From: a virus | Direction: 5' to 3' (one strand) | Virus record (IMG/VR): IMGVR_UViG_3300045988_165705 | DNA length: 64,000 nucleotides | Shown here: positions 47,342-54,579 of the stretch, one piece after another | Position numbering within the stretch: the stretch's first letter is position 1 | How the letters are laid out: every line of letters starts with the position of its first letter | Notes under the pieces: model-generated | The model's input: the letters and a program-made list of their open reading frames with translations, nothing else | The model's database searches: none | Told to the model about the DNA's origin: nothing | Made by a program: the position numbers and the translations under genes

Positions 47342-47533
47342 ATGTCCTATGATGTTTTCAAAGAACGGGTAAAAGGGCTTGTGAACCGTTCCGGTTCTGC
47401 GGTGAGGTTTTCTCACGAGGATGGGCGGCATATCGCCCGCTGTTCCGATGGCGTGACCATCATCGGAAATGTAGCTTGCCCGCGAGTTTTGGTCAAATGG
47501 GGAAGCGGTCATTCCGCTTACGCTGATATATAA
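47342..47533 (+). CDS. Hypothetical small protein
   Basis: AAAGGAG RBS 7 nt before the ATG at 47342. 63 aa. Confidence 0.55.
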   Translation: MSYDVFKERVKGLVNRSGSAVRFSHEDGRHIARCSDGVTIIGNVACPRVLVKWGSGHSAYADI

Positions 47534-47697
47534 GTTTTTTCGCATTGGTACGCCGTAGGCAAAAGGGAAATTGGCGGCGTTAAATGAGGTGGGGAGCCAG
47601 TGCGGTTGCCGTAATGCGGCTTATCGAGTTTTCGATAAACGGTCACAAGCCCGTGTAAACGCAGAGTGTGGTAATTACATAGTGGGAGGGTTCCGAT

Positions 47698-47916
47698 ATG
47701 GCAGGTTATGCAAGAAAATCGCTCACAAGAAACCAACGCCGCCGGAAAGTCGTCGAGCAGAAGCTGATGGGTATTGCACTCATCGCAATTTGCGCCCTGA
47801 TGTTCTGGCTTGCGTCCACCGGAGTTACACCGGAGGAAAAAGACTGCACGGCGGTTCTTCTCATCGCCCCTATCGGGTTCTATATGCTTTTCTCAAAGCA
47901 AATTGTAATCCTCTGA
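47698..47916 (+). CDS. Small membrane protein (two predicted TM helices)
   Basis: GGGAGGG RBS. Basic N-terminus followed by hydrophobic stretches GIALIAICALMFWL and AVLLIAPIGFYMLF. Confidence 0.6.
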   Translation: MAGYARKSLTRNQRRRKVVEQKLMGIALIAICALMFWLASTGVTPEEKDCTAVLLIAPIGFYMLFSKQIVIL

Positions 47917-48422
47917 TTTCCCAGTTTGCTGCCTTTCACCGTAACACCGTCGAACTCAGCGCAATAATTGCAGGGTTTCCAAATTGAAAACGACAGGGGT
48001 TTCAGAACGGTAATGGTGAAAGGTTTGCAGGCGCATAGGAGGCGACATGGTCTGGCGATTCGGCATTCCCGGAGTCTTTGAAATCCGCCGGTATGGCTTT
48101 GGCGGAATGTATCTGATTATCTGGGAAACATGGTTCACCTTAAAGCGAGGTTCGATGCCGTAAGGCTGGCACGGTACGATTCCGTGGAGTGGTTTCCCAC
48201 TTAACGCTTAGTCCTTGTATTAGTGAAGGTAAGTGAGGGGGCACCCAAAATTCTGAAAGCTTTACAAGGCGTTGGGGACTACGAAAGTGTCCAAGTGTTA
48301 TGGAAATGCTGCCATGACCACGGGATATGATTAAGAAAGTGCATCCTTGGAAGTTGGAGTATTACGGCTATAGCCGTCGGGTGAAACTTCCTCCCGTTAT
48401 CAACAATGGAAGGGAGCTTATC

Positions 48423-49028
48423 ATGAAAAAGTTCTTGTCTTTCCTTTTGATTTTGCTCATGGTTTCCTGCTGTGGTTGCTCCGAATCTCCGCAAACACTG
48501 ACGGTAAGCGTCTACGGCGGCGAAACGGAAATCAACCATTACGAGGAAATCGAGAAGGGTTTTCTGTCTGCGCTGGAAGCAAATGGTCTGCGCGACTATC
48601 AGCTTGTCGATTCCTCTGAGTTGACCACAGAATTGCTGGAAAACCGCGAGGGTATCACAATCATTGAACGCTGCATCGGTATGGCAATAAACGCCGAAAC
48701 TGGTGATGGTGTGATTTTGAACTCCTCGGCAAATAGCGGATGGTATATTGCCTGCCCGACAGATGGCTGCTATATCCCGTACAAGATTGGGGATTACCAG
48801 ATGCGGGATGGAACAGTTTTTCTGTCCTATATGGTATATAACCCTGACAACAATTACATAGACGACATTATGGAACGATATGATTTCATTCTTGATAGAG
48901 GATTGGAGGTCGGCGGTATGTATGAGTTCCGTCATATCAATGGGCATATCGAGGTTTTTCTCGATGGCGAGTTTCAGTTTTCTGCCGATACCATGCAGGA
49001 AGCATATAGCGAACTGAAAGCGGGTTGA
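48423..49028 (+). CDS. Secreted protein / putative lipoprotein
   Basis: GGAAGGGAG RBS. Signal peptide MKKFLSFLLILLMVSCCGC with Cys residues at the predicted cleavage region. Confidence 0.6.
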   Translation: MKKFLSFLLILLMVSCCGCSESPQTLTVSVYGGETEINHYEEIEKGFLSALEANGLRDYQLVDSSELTTELLENREGITIIERCIGMAINAETGDGVILNSSANSGWYIACPTDGCYIPYKIGDYQMRDGTVFLSYMVYNPDNNYIDDIMERYDFILDRGLEVGGMYEFRHINGHIEVFLDGEFQFSADTMQEAYSELKAG

Positions 49029-49069
49029 CTGGCTTACGGTTCATCCAATAAAGGAAAGGGGCTGATTTA

Positions 49070-49351
49070 TTGAACAAGGAAGAGATGATTTCTGCTCTCG
49101 CACAGCGCACAGGGATGACAAAGGTAAACGCCCGTGTCGCTTTGGATGCTGTTTTTCAAATCATCACAGATACTTTGTCTGCCGGTGAGAAAATCAAGCT
49201 GACGGAGCTGGGCGTTTTTGAGGCAAGAGAACGAGCGCCGAGGGTCGGAAGAAATCCCAAAGCCAATGTGCCTGTCCCGATTCCTGCCAAACGGGTTCCA
49301 TTCTTCAAACCCAGTGAGGGTTTGAAAGTAGCCGTTGAACGCGGCAAGTAA
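49070..49351 (+). CDS. HU-family DNA-binding protein
   Basis: TTG start. MNKEEMISALAQRTGMTKVNARVALDAVF...GEKIKLTELGVFEARERAPRVGRNPKANVPVPIPAKRVPFFKPSEGLK aligns along the full length to bacterial HU. Confidence 0.85.
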   Translation: MNKEEMISALAQRTGMTKVNARVALDAVFQIITDTLSAGEKIKLTELGVFEARERAPRVGRNPKANVPVPIPAKRVPFFKPSEGLKVAVERGK

Positions 49352-49385
49352 TTCATCAAAAATCAAAGATTAGGAGAACAAGTTT

Positions 49386-50027
49386 ATGACTACTGAAAAG
49401 ATGACTGTCCATAAGGCGCTGTGTGAACTCAAGACGCTGGATTCCCGTATCCAGAAGTGTATGCAGCAGAACCCCTTTGTTTTCGCCAACAAGCACGCCA
49501 ACAGCAAGGTTGCCGGTGTGAGTGTCGGCGATTACTGCAAGGAGATTCAGGCCGCTTACCAGTCCGCAAACGACCTCATCGCCCGCCGTGATGCTATCAA
49601 GCGTGCGGTCACACTGTCCAACGCCATTGTCAAGGTGACTATCGGCGGCAAAGAGTACACGGTTGCTGAGGCAATCGAACTGAAGAACCACGGCGTTCCT
49701 CTGAAGCAGATGCTGCTCAAGAAGCTGGATAACGACAATCGCCGCGCCCGCATGGAGGCTGACAAGAACAACGGCGATGTTCTGGAGCTGCGTGCCGATG
49801 AGTATGTCAAGTCCCTTTATGGCAATGTCGATATGAAGGGCGCCAGTGACGAAATCAAGAAAGTCCGTGCCGACTTCATCGCCGCACAGACGATGGAAAT
49901 CGTTGACCCCATTCACATCGCCGATGAGATGGGTCGTCTGGAGAAAGAAATCAACGACTTCATGGTCGAGATTGACTCCGCCCTGTCGGTTTCCAATGCG
50001 CTGACCGAGCTGGAAATCTCCTACTGA
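49386..50027 (+). CDS. Hypothetical protein, possibly DIP1984/septicolysin-like
   Basis: 213-aa helical protein. N-terminus KALCELKTLDSRIQ and C-terminus ...IDSALSVSNALTELEI resemble that family from memory only. Confidence 0.4.
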   Translation: MTTEKMTVHKALCELKTLDSRIQKCMQQNPFVFANKHANSKVAGVSVGDYCKEIQAAYQSANDLIARRDAIKRAVTLSNAIVKVTIGGKEYTVAEAIELKNHGVPLKQMLLKKLDNDNRRARMEADKNNGDVLELRADEYVKSLYGNVDMKGASDEIKKVRADFIAAQTMEIVDPIHIADEMGRLEKEINDFMVEIDSALSVSNALTELEISY

Positions 50028-50028
50028 T

Positions 50029-50301
50029 ATGAGTGAGGAGCACAAGCCGCAAAGCGGCACTATCTACACCCGTGATGAAGCGATGCTCATTGTCGAGCTG
50101 TTTGAGGATGTTCTTGATACCTACAACATCAAGGTTCCCTCTCCCGAAGACGATGAACGGGAGCCGGATAATGAAGCAAAGCTTTACGGAAGCGTCTACT
50201 CCGATTTGCTGGATGATGTCGAGGCATCTCTCATTGCGCTACTCGATAGGCATAAGAAACACACGGCAATCGTGACAGACGAGTTTTCCGGAACCGTTTA
50301 A
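50029..50301 (+). CDS. Hypothetical acidic protein
   Basis: 90-aa ORF starting 1 nt after the upstream stop. Confidence 0.55.
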   Translation: MSEEHKPQSGTIYTRDEAMLIVELFEDVLDTYNIKVPSPEDDEREPDNEAKLYGSVYSDLLDDVEASLIALLDRHKKHTAIVTDEFSGTV

Positions 50302-50772
50302 GCAATCAACTTCGTTGCCGTCCGAAAACCCCGAATCATATGCCTTCTCTGTTTTGCCAAGTACAGATAAGTAAAGTGAAAAAGAATTGGCTCCAGCCTG
50401 CTAAGCTGATATTTAATTTTGTTAAAAGAGGTTCTAACAAAATCAAATCTATTTTTGAAGAGCATAGCCGCCGTGCTTTTGACTGGTTAGACATAGAGAG
50501 CTAACCGGGAGCGACGGCATTTGAACTGTAAAGTTCAAAGCTCAAAATTAAATATTCAATGCTCAACCCTTAAAGCTTTTTATTGAAGAAAGCTCAAACA
50601 CCAAAGCATAAACACCAACTTTTTGCAAAATCCAAGAGCAATGGTTTGTCGGGTGTATATGTGACCGTGGGGAGTACCACTTGGCTGGGCGGTAACGAGT
50701 TGTTTAATATATATGACCTCCGAGTATGACAAAGCGGAAAGACGCTTGACGGTTCGGACAGACGAGCAATCC

Positions 50773-50862
50773 GGGAAAGTGGCGAAACGGTTAGACGCGG
50801 GGCGAGTAGAGCCCTGGGAGGTTGCGCACCCCTTGTTGGTTCAAATCCAACCTTTCCCACCA
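50773..50862 (+). tRNA. Class II tRNA-like gene, paralogue of tRNA-Tyr with a non-canonical anticodon loop (GAGTAGA)
   Basis: Perfect 7-bp acceptor GGGAAAG/CTTTCCC. The T-arm and 3' end are identical to the tRNA-Tyr at 35676-35761. Long variable arm, CCA encoded. However, there is no nucleotide 26 and position 33 is A rather than U. Confidence 0.55.
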
Positions 50863-50989
50863 ATAGGGAACGATGTTCGTGCTTTGTTTCTGGAGCAAAG
50901 AATGTCCTGTATTTCCAGAATGCAGGAAGCAGCAAAGTGGGGAACATCATGCGGCTGAGTAGCAAGGGGTTCTAAGCCGCTTCTGAGAT

Positions 50990-51065
50990 GGGGATATAGC
51001 TCAGTTGGGAGAGCATCTGCTTTGCACGAAGAGGGTCGCCGGTTCAAGTCCGACTATCTCCACCA
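50990..51065 (+). tRNA. tRNA-Ala: tRNA-Ala (TGC)
   Basis: GGGGATATAGCTCAGTTGGGAGAGC 5' half, G3:U70 pair, anticodon loop TTTGCAC, CCA encoded. One mismatch each in the anticodon stem and the T-stem. Confidence 0.85.
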
Positions 51066-51490
51066 AAAGCCCACTTGAAATGATATATAGTGGCTGGGTC
51101 AGCGACTACGCTGGGCGGAAGATAACGGGATATGAGCGCTGGATGCTCTGGCACCGCCTTAACAAAAGCAAATCAAGCCGGTGAGAGATAGTTAATCGCC
51201 TAAAAGCTCAAGGGCATGAGCACCAAACCATGTCGTAAACCAGAACCGGCGGGACTAAGCAGGGGTTTGGGTGGTATGTGCCTACCACGCTCCATCTGTA
51301 GCTTGCCTTTTATATCGCAAGTGAGGTGTAGCTAAGACTGGTAATAAGAAATGTCGGCACATCGTCTTTGCCAGAGGCGAGGATGACATACACACAGAGC
51401 ATGGGTGAGGTTCCGGCAAACTTAGGTTTAGGCCGGAGTGTATGGCAAGGGCGAGGACACCAAACATGACTTTGGTAAGGAGGCAAAAGC

Positions 51491-51691
51491 GTGGAGCGTA
51501 ATGATTTTATATCTGGTGATGCGTACTACCGATACAAATTTGAGCGTGAAAGCAAGAACGAAGAAATCCAGCGCCTCCGTACAAAGATGGAGCGAATGAG
51601 AACCGACAACTATGTTCGAGTAGCTTATGACAGCGTCGTAATAACGGTTCTTGTCGCATTTATAGCCTTTCTCTTGGTGGGTAGAGGCTAA
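51491..51691 (+). CDS. Small membrane-anchored protein
   Basis: GTG start 7 nt after AAGGAGG. C-terminal hydrophobic helix VVITVLVAFIAFLLV. Confidence 0.5.
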   Translation: MERNDFISGDAYYRYKFERESKNEEIQRLRTKMERMRTDNYVRVAYDSVVITVLVAFIAFLLVGRG

Positions 51692-51716
51692 GAACAATTC
51701 ATGAGGAGGGACGCCG

Positions 51717-52529
51717 ATGAGCAGCAAGATGAACTACATACCATACATATCTTCCTACGAGGATATTCGAGCCGAAATGAGCAACGACTTGCAGTATAGG
51801 CTGGCGAACAGGACTGTCAGAACTTCTCTCGGACGCCCTCTCTATTATCGCATCAATGTCCAGATGATTACGACACAGGAGTGTCCGTTCCACTGCCCCT
51901 TCTGCTTGGAACGACAGAATCCCATGTCGGGAGACAATGATTTTGATGCACAAATCGAGGCGTTGAGGCGGGTTTTGCTGGAGCATCCCAACGCACGGTT
52001 GTCTATCACGGGCGGCGAACCCGGCCTTTATCCCAAGCACATCGCCAATATCGTTGAGACTTATCGTAAGAACGGTAATGGTGTGTTTTGTTCCATCAAC
52101 ACTACGGGATTCAGCACGGAACTGAATGGGCTGGCGCACATCAACCTTTCCCGCAACGACTATGTCTGGACAGACCCGGCTGGTTTTCCGGGGTGTACTG
52201 TCCAAACGATAGTTGAGAATCCTACGCTTACTTTTATCAAGGACTACATGAAGATGGATGCCAGCAGCTTTTCTTTTCGGTTCCTGAGCGGCCTTGAAAA
52301 GAAAGATTACCCTGTAGATATTTGGAATGATTTGCAGCAGGACGCAGATGTCGATGTGCATACATTCAGAATCGGCGATTTCTTTGTGTATGCAACCTTT
52401 GACTATGCAGGAAAACACGCTCGTGTAACACTCGGTGATATGTGGCAGCAGCGTCACAATGATTACGGTGACGGCTATTCCAATATCATCATCCATCCGG
52501 ATGGCCGTGTGTCCACCAACTGGAGATAA
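51717..52529 (+). CDS. Radical SAM enzyme (function unknown)
   Basis: CPFHCPFC (CxxxCxxC cluster motif) and SITGGEPGL (SAM-binding GGE motif). GAGGAGGG RBS. 270 aa with no SPASM-type extra Cys clusters. Confidence 0.8.
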   Translation: MSSKMNYIPYISSYEDIRAEMSNDLQYRLANRTVRTSLGRPLYYRINVQMITTQECPFHCPFCLERQNPMSGDNDFDAQIEALRRVLLEHPNARLSITGGEPGLYPKHIANIVETYRKNGNGVFCSINTTGFSTELNGLAHINLSRNDYVWTDPAGFPGCTVQTIVENPTLTFIKDYMKMDASSFSFRFLSGLEKKDYPVDIWNDLQQDADVDVHTFRIGDFFVYATFDYAGKHARVTLGDMWQQRHNDYGDGYSNIIIHPDGRVSTNWR

Positions 52530-52542
52530 ATGGAGGGTTAAA

Positions 52543-52704
52543 ATGCGTCGGATAAGAGTACATATCGACATTCCCAACAAGACAGTTGTCGTTAAACGGG
52601 GTTTCTTCGGTTCTGCCGTCCAGTATTCTGGTGGATGGTGGGATGATTACTCCATTGCCGAAATCATCAAGCATTTTGAGGAGGAAGAAGATGGACGAAG
52701 ATAA
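52543..52704 (+). CDS. Hypothetical small protein
   Basis: GGAGGG RBS. 53 aa. It overlaps the next gene's start by 14 nt. Confidence 0.45.
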   Translation: MRRIRVHIDIPNKTVVVKRGFFGSAVQYSGGWWDDYSIAEIIKHFEEEEDGRR

Positions 52705-53014
52705 GATTGCTGATACCCTCAATGTCGGCGATAAGGTCGAATGCGTTCGGGACTCGCCGGACAATAATGATAGCATCGCTATTGGAATGCAGGGAGTTAT
52801 CTGTGTTATCGTTGAGTCCTCCCCGCACATCGGAGTCAGATGGAACGAAGAGGTTGTTGGAGGCCATGACTGTCAAGGGGCGTGCTCTCGTGGATACGGG
52901 TGGTTCGTTACGGCAAGCGATATTAAGCGTATTGACGACAATGACGAGTTTGAAGTTGATGCAACAGAACTGGACAAGCTCTTTGAAACTTTCACAAAGG
53001 AGGCCATCTCATGA
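52691..53014 (+). CDS. Hypothetical protein (SH3-like beta-rich domain)
   Basis: GAGGAGGAAG RBS. 107 aa with VGDKVECV...GMQGVICVI...IGVRWNEEV.GGHDCQG.C..GYGWFV. Confidence 0.55.
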   Translation: MDEDKIADTLNVGDKVECVRDSPDNNDSIAIGMQGVICVIVESSPHIGVRWNEEVVGGHDCQGACSRGYGWFVTASDIKRIDDNDEFEVDATELDKLFETFTKEAIS

Positions 53015-53223
53015 CGGTTTTGGATTTTATAAGAGCGCACTTTTCGCTGGACTCTCAGGTCGATAACCTGCTGGTTCGGCGCAACACAGACGGTTTCTGC
53101 GAGACGCTTTATAGCGGTGCTATCGATGACGAGCGTTACATGAAGCCCGAAGTAAAGTGTGCCACAATCAGAAAGTGGTGCCTTCCTCGGCGTGGGAGTT
53201 CCGTTATCCTTATTGTCGAGTAA
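53011..53223 (+). CDS. Hypothetical small protein
   Basis: ATGA overlap coupling with the upstream gene. 70 aa. Confidence 0.45.
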   Translation: MTVLDFIRAHFSLDSQVDNLLVRRNTDGFCETLYSGAIDDERYMKPEVKCATIRKWCLPRRGSSVILIVE

Positions 53224-53238
53224 AGGTTCTGGCCTTAT

Positions 53239-53325
53239 GCGGGTATGCTGGAATCGGCAGACAGGCAAGCTTGAGGTGCTTGTGCCCATCAGGGCGTGTG
53301 AGTTCAAATCTCACTACCCGCACCA
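53239..53325 (+). tRNA. tRNA-Leu: tRNA-Leu (GAG)
   Basis: Acceptor GCGGGTA/TACCCGC. Anticodon arm CAAGC-TTGAGGT-GCTTG. Long variable arm. T-arm GTGAG-TTCAAAT-CTCAC. CCA encoded. Confidence 0.9.
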
Positions 53326-53453
53326 CGGAGCCCTTCTAACAAATATGACTGGGGCAAGATTACCGGCTAACGGCTTTCCAATAGAGAGTACGCCTGTAAT
53401 GACAAAATAGTTAGTCAGATGGTGGTTGGCTGACCTAAAGGCCACTTTCAGAC

Positions 53454-53537
53454 GCAGGATTGGTGGAATTGGCAGACACGGCGGATTCAAGTCCCGCTGC
53501 CTTCGGCGTAAGAGTTCAAGTCTCTTATCCTGCACCA
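53454..53537 (+). tRNA. tRNA-Leu: tRNA-Leu (CAA)
   Basis: Acceptor GCAGGAT/ATCCTGC. Anticodon arm GCGGA-TTCAAGT-CCCGC. Variable arm with a TTCG loop. T-arm AAGAG-TTCAAGT-CTCTT. CCA encoded. Confidence 0.9.
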
Positions 53538-53687
53538 TTAGCTTTGCCACGGTGTTGTGTCCTTTCAGTAGCTCCCTCCTTTTCGTCCGTCGTTCATCGT
53601 TTTCCTTTCAAACGGCAAAGCTGCTGTGGAATCCAAGCGTGTCCACCATTCAGGGCGCACCGTAACAGCCGGTTTATGCTTCCGTAG

Positions 53688-53763
53688 CTCAGTTGGTAGA
53701 GCACCGCCCTTTTAAGGCGGGTGTCATGGGTTCAAGCCCCATCGGGGGCACCAATTCTATTTC
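53688..53763 (+). tRNA. tRNA-Lys: tRNA-Lys (TTT)
   Basis: Canonical D-arm TAGCTCAGTTGGTAGAGC. Anticodon arm CCGCC-CTTTTAA-GGCGG. T-arm ATGGG-TTCAAGC-CCCAT. CCA encoded. Two G-U pairs in the acceptor stem. Confidence 0.9.
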
Positions 53764-53781
53764 GTGAGGAGGTCATCTATC

Positions 53782-54447
53782 ATGGGGGTTCATATTTATG
53801 TGGCCGCAAATACAGTGTGGGCTTTTTTTCAAAGCCATAAAGACCGCCTGTCAAAGGAGATGGTCGTCATTGCAGAGAACAAGGACACAGAGTATGCGGT
53901 ATATCTTACCGAGGATAATGCGCTTCCTTTGTTTTCCGTGTGTAAGGGCGATGCAAAACCGGAGTATGAGGAGTGTGTTCTGACCGAGACAGGTTGTAAT
54001 GAAGCGGCGAAACGCCTGTATGCACAATATCTTTTCCCTGTCATGGTTGTTGATGGGAAGAAATGCCCGCCGGAATTGCCGGAGGAAGAACCAGAAGATT
54101 TGACTCGGCAGGATATGGAGGATGCTCAGTATGAGCGCGAGGACGAGCTTTCTCTCGCTCTGTGTGATTTCCTGTCCGTTGTCTTGCAGGAGTCGATAGA
54201 CAACAGTCCTGAAATCATGGATACATACGGAGAAATGTTTGTAAACGAGGTCTTAGACCACTTCTTGGAGTACCTCGCTCAGGAGCAGTGCCTGCCAATT
54301 TACCGCCCCATGATTATCACGGATGAAGAAACTGGCTGCGAGGTCTATACGGAGTTTCCGTATGAGGATGATGCTGGTTATCCAGTGGATGATGAAGAGT
54401 TTAGTGGAGGCTTTTGGGATGATATTAAGGGCGGCGGTCTGAGATGA
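53782..54447 (+). CDS. Hypothetical highly acidic protein
   Basis: Start moved to the ATG after GAGGAGG, because the track start at 53764 abuts the tRNA-Lys. 221 aa, very Glu/Asp-rich in the C-terminal two thirds. Confidence 0.6.
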   Translation: MGVHIYVAANTVWAFFQSHKDRLSKEMVVIAENKDTEYAVYLTEDNALPLFSVCKGDAKPEYEECVLTETGCNEAAKRLYAQYLFPVMVVDGKKCPPELPEEEPEDLTRQDMEDAQYEREDELSLALCDFLSVVLQESIDNSPEIMDTYGEMFVNEVLDHFLEYLAQEQCLPIYRPMIITDEETGCEVYTEFPYEDDAGYPVDDEEFSGGFWDDIKGGGLR

Positions 54448-54463
54448 CCCGCCCTTCTTTTAT

Positions 54464-54554
54464 GGGGAGTTGGCCGAGTGGCTTATGGCGGCGGTCTTGA
54501 AAACCGTTGACGGTGATGAGCCGTCCGTGGGTTCAAATCCTACACTCCCCGCCA
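54464..54554 (+). tRNA. tRNA-Ser: tRNA-Ser (TGA)
   Basis: GGGGAGTTGGCCGAGTGG 5' end. Anticodon arm GCGGT-CTTGAAA-ACCGT. Long variable arm. T-arm GTGGG-TTCAAAT-CCTAC. CCA encoded. Confidence 0.9.
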
Positions 54555-54579
54555 CATTTTTTGATTGGAGGTCTGTGAA

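Noticed and set aside
48122-48198. 77-nt tRNA-sized element with a perfect GGGAAAC/GTTTCCC terminal stem and a CACGG-TACGATT-CCGTG hairpin
   Set aside because: The hairpin is not adjacent to the acceptor strand, and no D-arm or anticodon arm can be drawn on either strand. It is most likely just a local structure within the 47917-48422 spacer.
50713-50958. 81-aa ORF, and similar ORFs at 50594..50965(-), 50841..51047(-), 53157..53410(+), 53314..53550(-), 53426..53687(+) and 63600..63941(-)
   Set aside because: They run through tRNA genes or structured spacers and have no RBS. Their sequences are read-throughs of tRNA stems.
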